From: a virus
Direction: 5' to 3' (one strand)
DNA: 12,237 bases
UHGV virus genome: UHGV-0179089
In this document: positions 7,602 through 12,237 of the stretch, piece after piece
Position numbering within the stretch: the stretch's first letter is position 1
How the letters are laid out: the number at the start of each line of letters is the position of its first letter
Notes under the pieces: generated by a model
What the model saw: only the letters and a program-made list of their open reading frames with translations
Database searches by the model: none
What the model was told of the DNA's origin: nothing
Position numbers and translations under genes: made by a program

Positions 7602-7616
7602 TGACCAGCCAGGTCA
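7602..7616 (+). promoter_or_regulatory. 15-bp palindrome TGACCAGCCAGGTCA upstream of FI; candidate late-promoter activator site (P2 Ogr-type)
   Basis: Perfect dyad centred about 70 nt upstream of the FI ATG, where P2-type late promoters carry an activator dyad. It does not match the TGT-N12-ACA consensus exactly. Confidence 0.3.
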
Positions 7617-7679
7617 AATAGCGTCTCATGCTCTGCACAACAGAAAATAGTTGCACCCATTAACCACGGAGTTAAACGG

Positions 7680-8870
7680 ATGAGTGACTATCATCACGGC
7701 GTGCAGGTGCTGGAGATTAACGACGGCACCCGCGTCATTTCCACCGTATCAACCGCCATTGTCGGCATGGTCTGCACAGCCAGCGATGCGGATGCGGAAA
7801 CCTTCCCCGTCAATAAACCGGTGCTGATTACCAATGTGCAGAGCGCGATTGCAAAGGCCGGTAAAAAAGGCACGCTGGCGGCGTCGTTACAGGCCATCGC
7901 TGACCAGTCAAAACCGGTCACCGTTGTCGTACGTGTGGAAGACGGCACCGGCGAAGACGAAGAAACGAAACTCGCGCAGACCGTTTCCAATATCATCGGC
8001 ACCACCGACGAAAACGGTCAGTACACCGGACTGAAAGCCCTGCTGGCGGCGGAGTCGGTAACCGGTGTTAAACCGCGTATTCTCGGTGTGCCGGGGCTGG
8101 ATACCAAAGAGGTGGCTGTTGCACTGGCATCCGTCTGTCAGAAGCTGCGCGCTTTCGGGTATATCAGCGCATGGGGCTGTAAAACCATTTCCGAGGTGAA
8201 AGCCTACCGTCAGAATTTCAGCCAGCGTGAGCTGATGGTCATCTGGCCGGATTTCCTCGCATGGGATACGGTCACCAGTACCACCGCCACCGCGTATGCC
8301 ACCGCCCGTGCGCTGGGTCTGCGTGCCAGAATCGACCAAGAGCAGGGCTGGCATAAAACGCTGTCCAACGTCGGGGTAAACGGTGTTACCGGCATCAGTG
8401 CGTCCGTATTCTGGGATTTGCAGGAGTCCAGCACCGATGCTGACCTGCTGAACGAGTCAGGTGTCACAACGCTGATTCGCCGTGACGGTTTCCGCTTCTG
8501 GGGTAACCGTACCTGCTCTGATGACCCGCTGTTCCTCTTTGAAAACTACACCCGCACCGCGCAGGTGCTGGCCGACACGATGGCTGAGGCGCACATGTGG
8601 GCGGTGGACAAGCCCATCACCGCAACGCTGATTCGCGACATCGTTGACGGCATCAATGCCAAATTCCGTGAACTGAAAAGCAACGGTTATATCGTGGATG
8701 GCACATGCTGGTTCAGTGAAGAAGCCAATGATGCGGAAACCCTCAAGGCCGGAAAACTGTATATCGACTACGACTATACCCCGGTGCCTCCTCTCGAAAA
8801 CCTGACCCTGCGCCAGCGTATTACTTCAAGATACCTGGCAAGTCTGGTCACCTCGGTTAACAGCAATTAA
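7680..8870 (+). CDS. FI: Contractile tail sheath protein (P2 gpFI-like), 396 aa
   Basis: Length and sequence (MSDYHHGVQVLEINDGTRVISTV...) match P2 FI closely from memory; GGAG Shine-Dalgarno upstream; followed by FII. Confidence 0.95.
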   Translation: MSDYHHGVQVLEINDGTRVISTVSTAIVGMVCTASDADAETFPVNKPVLITNVQSAIAKAGKKGTLAASLQAIADQSKPVTVVVRVEDGTGEDEETKLAQTVSNIIGTTDENGQYTGLKALLAAESVTGVKPRILGVPGLDTKEVAVALASVCQKLRAFGYISAWGCKTISEVKAYRQNFSQRELMVIWPDFLAWDTVTSTTATAYATARALGLRARIDQEQGWHKTLSNVGVNGVTGISASVFWDLQESSTDADLLNESGVTTLIRRDGFRFWGNRTCSDDPLFLFENYTRTAQVLADTMAEAHMWAVDKPITATLIRDIVDGINAKFRELKSNGYIVDGTCWFSEEANDAETLKAGKLYIDYDYTPVPPLENLTLRQRITSRYLASLVTSVNSN

Positions 8871-8882
8871 GGAGCCTGACCG

Positions 8883-9401
8883 ATGGCAATGCCGCGCAAA
8901 CTCAAGTTAATGAACGTCTTTCTGAACGGCTACAGCTATCAGGGCGTCGCGAAGTCCGTCACGCTGCCAAAACTGACCCGTAAGCTCGAAAACTATCGCG
9001 GTGCGGGGATGAACGGCAGCGCACCGGTAGACCTCGGCCTTGATGATGATGCGCTGTCAATGGAGTGGTCGCTCGGGGGCTTCCCGGATTCGGTTATCTG
9101 GGAACTTTACGCCGCAACTGGTGTGGATGCCGTGCCGATTCGTTTTGCAGGCTCTTACCAGCGTGACGATACCGGCGAAACGGTGGCCGTCGAAGTGGTC
9201 ATGCGTGGGCGTCAGAAAGAAGTCGATACCGGCGAGGGGAAACAGGGAGAGGATACCGAATCGAAACTCCCGGTGATTTGTACTTATTTCCGGCTGACGA
9301 TGGACGGTAAGGAGCTGGTCGAAATTGACACCATCAACATGATTGAGAAGGTGAACGGCGTCGACCGGCTGGAGCAACACCGCCGAAATATCGGCCTGTG
9401 A
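8883..9401 (+). CDS. FII: Tail tube protein (P2 gpFII-like), 172 aa
   Basis: MAMPRKLKLMNVFLNGYSYQG... and a 172-aa length; GGAG Shine-Dalgarno 8 nt upstream; conserved P2 order FI-FII-E-T. Confidence 0.95.
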   Translation: MAMPRKLKLMNVFLNGYSYQGVAKSVTLPKLTRKLENYRGAGMNGSAPVDLGLDDDALSMEWSLGGFPDSVIWELYAATGVDAVPIRFAGSYQRDDTGETVAVEVVMRGRQKEVDTGEGKQGEDTESKLPVICTYFRLTMDGKELVEIDTINMIEKVNGVDRLEQHRRNIGL

Positions 9402-9408
9402 TTTTCAT

Positions 9409-9429
9409 CCGGTCAGCCAGGCTGACCGG
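9409..9429 (+). other. Perfect 10-bp inverted repeat CCGGTCAGCC-A-GGCTGACCGG between FII and E; possible attenuator hairpin or protein-binding site
   Basis: Seen directly. No T-run follows, so it is not a canonical intrinsic terminator. Confidence 0.3.
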
Positions 9430-9457
9430 TTAACCCCGATTCAGAAGTGAGAAAACC

Positions 9458-9733
9458 ATGAACAAAGAAAATGTGATTACCCTGGACAATCCGGTCAAGC
9501 GTGGTGAGCAGGTTATCGAACAGGTCACGCTGATGAAACCCAATGCGGGGACGCTGCGCGGTGTCAGTCTGGCTGCGGTCGCAAACTCCGAAGTCGATGC
9601 ACTGATTAAAGTGCTGCCGCGCATGACGGCACCGATGCTGACTGAGCAGGAGGTCGCCGCGCTGGAGCTGCCTGACCTTGTGGCGCTGGCCGGTAAGGTG
9701 GTCGGTTTTTTGTCGCCGAACTCGGTGCAGTAA
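9458..9733 (+). CDS. E: Tail assembly chaperone gpE (P2-like), 91 aa
   Basis: 91-aa ORF directly upstream of the tape-measure gene; carries the slippery heptamer near its 3' end. Confidence 0.9.
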   Translation: MNKENVITLDNPVKRGEQVIEQVTLMKPNAGTLRGVSLAAVANSEVDALIKVLPRMTAPMLTEQEVAALELPDLVALAGKVVGFLSPNSVQ

Positions 9734-9885
9734 CGTTTCCGAAAAATCTCTCGGTCGATGACCTGATGGCGGATGTGGCAGTGGTATTTCACTGGCCGCC
9801 ATCAGAACTGTATCCCATGAGCCTGACCGAACTCATCACATGGCGCGAAAAGGCGCTCCGGCGAAGCGGAAACACGAATGAGTAA
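9458..9885 (+). CDS. E': gpE+E' fusion chaperone made by a programmed -1 frameshift at TTTTTTG (9706-9712); the -1 frame stays open to the TAA at 9883-9885, overlapping the T start
   Basis: Slippery heptamer T_TTT_TTG lies in the E zero frame. The -1 frame was translated by hand from 9709 to 9885 and has no stop; it ends ...WREKALRRSGNTNE*. Confidence 0.8.
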
Positions 9886-12237
9886 CAATGTAAAATTACA
9901 GGTATTGCTCAGGGCTGTTGACCAGGCATCCCGCCCGTTTAAATCCATCCGCACAGCGAGTAAGTCGCTGTCGGGGGATATCCGGGAAACACAAAAATCA
10001 CTGCGCGAGCTGAACGGTCACGCATCCCGTATTGAGGGATTTCGCAAGACCAGTGCACAGCTCGCCGTGACTGGTCATGCACTTGAAAAGGCTCGGCAGG
10101 AAGCCGAAGCCCTTGCCACACAGTTTAAAAACACCGAACGTCCGACCCGTGCTCAGGCGAAAGTGCTGGAATCCGCAAAGCGTGCGGCGGAGGACTTACA
10201 GGCGAAATATAACCGCCTGACGGATTCCGTTAAACGCCAGCAGCGGGAACTGGCCGCTGTGGGAATTAATACCCGCAATCTTGCACATGATGAGCAGGGA
10301 CTGAAAAACCGTATCAGTGAAACCACCGCACAACTTAACCGGCAGCGTGACGCGCTGGCGCGTGTCAGTGCGCAACAGGCAAAACTTAACGCAGTAAAAC
10401 AGCGTTATCAGGCCGGCAAGGAACTGGCCGGAAATATGGCCTCAGTGGGCGCTGCCGGTGTGGGGATTGCGGCGGCGGGAACGATGGCCGGAGTTAAGCT
10501 GCTGATGCCCGGTTATGAGTTTGCGCAGAAAAACTCAGAATTACAGGCCGTGCTCGGAGTGGCAAAAGACTCCGCCGAAATGGCCGCGCTCCGCAAACAG
10601 GCGCGCCAGCTCGGCGACAACACCGCCGCCTCGGCGGATGATGCAGCCGGTGCGCAGATTATCATTGCGAAAGCCGGTGGGGATGTTGATGCCATTCAGG
10701 CGGCAACGCCGGTCACGCTGAATATGGCGCTGGCGAACCGCCGCACGATGGAAGAAAACGCCGCCCTGTTGATGGGGATGAAATCCGCCTTTCAGCTTTC
10801 AAACGATAAGGTCGCTCATATCGGGGATGTTCTCTCCATGACGATGAACAAAACCGCCGCCGATTTTGACGGCATGAGCGATGCGCTGACCTATGCCGCA
10901 CCTGTGGCAAAAAATGCCGGTGTCAGCATTGAAGAAACCGCCGCAATGGTCGGGGCGCTGCATGATGCAAAAATTACCGGTTCAATGGCGGGGACGGGAA
11001 GCCGTGCCGTGTTAAGCCGCCTGCAGGCACCGACGGGAAAAGCATGGGATGCACTGAAAGAGCTTGGTGTGAAAACCTCAGACAGTAAGGGAAACACCCG
11101 GCCAGTATTTACCATTCTGAAAGAAATGCAGGCCAGCTTTGAGAAAAACCGGCTCGGTACTGCCCAGCAGGCTGAATACATGAAAACCATTTTCGGGGAG
11201 GAGGCCAGCTCAGCCGCCGCCGTGCTGATGACTGCCGCCTCAACCGGAAAGCTGGACAAACTGACCGCTGCGTTTAAAGCCTCAGACGGAAAGACCGCAG
11301 AGCTGGTAAATATCATGCAGGACAACCTCGGCGGTGACTTTAAGGAGTTTCAGTCCGCTTATGAGGCTGTGGGGACTGACCTGTTTGACCAGCAGGAAGG
11401 CGCACTGCGTAAGCTCACGCAGACGGCCACAAAGTATGTGTTAAAACTCGACGGCTGGATACAGAAAAACAAATCACTGGCGTCAACCATCGGCATCATT
11501 GTCGGTGGTGCACTGGCGCTGACTGGTGTCATCGGTGCCATTGGCCTCGTAGCCTGGCCGGTTATCACCGGCATCAATGCCATTATCGCGGCAGCAGGCG
11601 CAATGGGGGCAATTTTCACGACGGTTGGCAGTGCCGTTATGACGGCCATCGGGGCGATTAGCTGGCCGGTAGTGGCCGTGGTGGCCGCCATTGTCGCCGG
11701 AGCGTTACTTATCCGTAAATACTGGGAGCCTGTCAGCGCATTCTTTGGCGGTGTGGTGGAAGGGCTGAAAGCGGCATTTGCGCCGGTGGGGGAACTGTTC
11801 ACGCCACTTAAGCCGGTGTTTGACTGGCTGGGTGAAAAGTTACAGGCTGCGTGGCAGTGGTTTAAAAACCTGATTGCCCCGGTCAAAGCCACCCAGGACA
11901 CCCTGAACCGTTGCCGTGACACGGGCGTCATGTTCGGGCAGGCACTGGCTGACGCGCTGATGCTGCCGCTTAATGCGTTCAACAAATTACGCAGCGGCAT
12001 TGACTGGGTACTGGAAAAGCTCGGGTTCATCAACAAAGAGTCAGACACACTTGACCAGACAGCCGCCAGAACTCATGCCGCCACGTATGGCACCGGTGGT
12101 TATATTCCGGCGACCAGCTCTTATGCAGGTTATCAGGCTTATCAGCCGGTTACGGCACCGGCTGGCCGCTCTTATGTGGACCAGAGTAAAAACGAATATC
12201 ACATCAGCCTGACGGGTGGTACTGCGCCGGGGACACA
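9878..12237 (+). CDS. T: Tail tape measure protein (P2 gpT-like), N-terminal about 786 aa; 3' end beyond the right edge
   Basis: ATG at 9878, frame open to the window end. Coiled-coil-like N-terminus and a Gly/Ala-rich hydrophobic block (GIIVGGALALTGVIGAIGLVAWPVITGINAIIAAAGAMGA) typical of tape measure proteins. Confidence 0.9.
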   Translation, partial: MSNNVKLQVLLRAVDQASRPFKSIRTASKSLSGDIRETQKSLRELNGHASRIEGFRKTSAQLAVTGHALEKARQEAEALATQFKNTERPTRAQAKVLESAKRAAEDLQAKYNRLTDSVKRQQRELAAVGINTRNLAHDEQGLKNRISETTAQLNRQRDALARVSAQQAKLNAVKQRYQAGKELAGNMASVGAAGVGIAAAGTMAGVKLLMPGYEFAQKNSELQAVLGVAKDSAEMAALRKQARQLGDNTAASADDAAGAQIIIAKAGGDVDAIQAATPVTLNMALANRRTMEENAALLMGMKSAFQLSNDKVAHIGDVLSMTMNKTAADFDGMSDALTYAAPVAKNAGVSIEETAAMVGALHDAKITGSMAGTGSRAVLSRLQAPTGKAWDALKELGVKTSDSKGNTRPVFTILKEMQASFEKNRLGTAQQAEYMKTIFGEEASSAAAVLMTAASTGKLDKLTAAFKASDGKTAELVNIMQDNLGGDFKEFQSAYEAVGTDLFDQQEGALRKLTQTATKYVLKLDGWIQKNKSLASTIGIIVGGALALTGVIGAIGLVAWPVITGINAIIAAAGAMGAIFTTVGSAVMTAIGAISWPVVAVVAAIVAGALLIRKYWEPVSAFFGGVVEGLKAAFAPVGELFTPLKPVFDWLGEKLQAAWQWFKNLIAPVKATQDTLNRCRDTGVMFGQALADALMLPLNAFNKLRSGIDWVLEKLGFINKESDTLDQTAARTHAATYGTGGYIPATSSYAGYQAYQPVTAPAGRSYVDQSKNEYHISLTGGTAPGT

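Noticed and set aside
5930-7680. Retron (reverse transcriptase plus msr/msd RNA) in the cargo slot
   Set aside because: Retrons are common prophage cargo, but the only ORF here is 293 aa with no YxDD reverse-transcriptase motif, and no msr/msd-like paired inverted repeats flank a candidate RNA.
7694-9380. Antisense and off-frame ORFs within FI and FII (for example 7694..8005 minus, 7908..8354 minus, 8210..8467 minus, 9040..9276 plus, 9057..9380 minus)
   Set aside because: They are embedded in well-supported sheath and tube genes, have no ribosome-binding sites and have biased composition; they are spurious.
10891-12048. Minus-strand ORFs of 144 and 229 aa inside the tape-measure gene
   Set aside because: These are antisense to the Ala/Gly-rich tape-measure coding sequence; the Ala/Ser/Pro/Thr-rich translations are an artefact of GC-rich codon composition.
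1-12237. CRISPR array, tRNA or rRNA genes, transposase or IS element
   Set aside because: No regularly spaced direct repeats, no cloverleaf-like tRNA candidates that I could recognise, no transposase-like ORF and no terminal inverted repeats bracketing the AT-rich island.

Overview
This window reads as a mosaic prophage region with three parts. (1) Positions 1-2525, minus strand: an operon of five genes — two paralogous small holin-like membrane proteins (98 and 109 aa), a 147-aa protein, a 203-aa protein and a larger paralog of it that runs off the left edge. By size, order and position next to the invertase it resembles the phage P1 lydA-lydB-hdf-darA lysis/antirestriction operon; that is from memory of P1 organisation, not from a sequence match. 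(2) Positions 2638-5929, plus strand: a 186-aa Hin/Gin/Cin/Pin-family serine DNA invertase whose stop codon lies inside a near-perfect 26-bp cix/gix-type crossover site (3190-3215), followed by a start-less tail-fibre variable cassette (open frame 3168-5351) and a tail-fibre assembly chaperone (5351-5929). No partner crossover site and no constant tail-fibre N-terminus are present, so the inversion switch looks orphaned or truncated. (3) Positions 7680-12237, plus strand: clearly P2-like tail genes — sheath FI, tube FII, chaperone E with the -1 frameshift site for E+E', and most of tape measure T. Between tfa and FI, at the slot where P2 carries its Z/fun lysogenic-conversion gene, is a strongly AT-rich island (about 6050-7400) with one 293-aa ORF: an alpha-helical N-terminal region containing an R-x4-H (HEPN-like) motif and a C-terminal triple CxxC zinc-ribbon tail. 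This is the best candidate for a horizontally acquired single-gene defence or abortive-infection system, but function is inference only. No tRNA, rRNA, CRISPR array, transposase or reverse transcriptase was seen.
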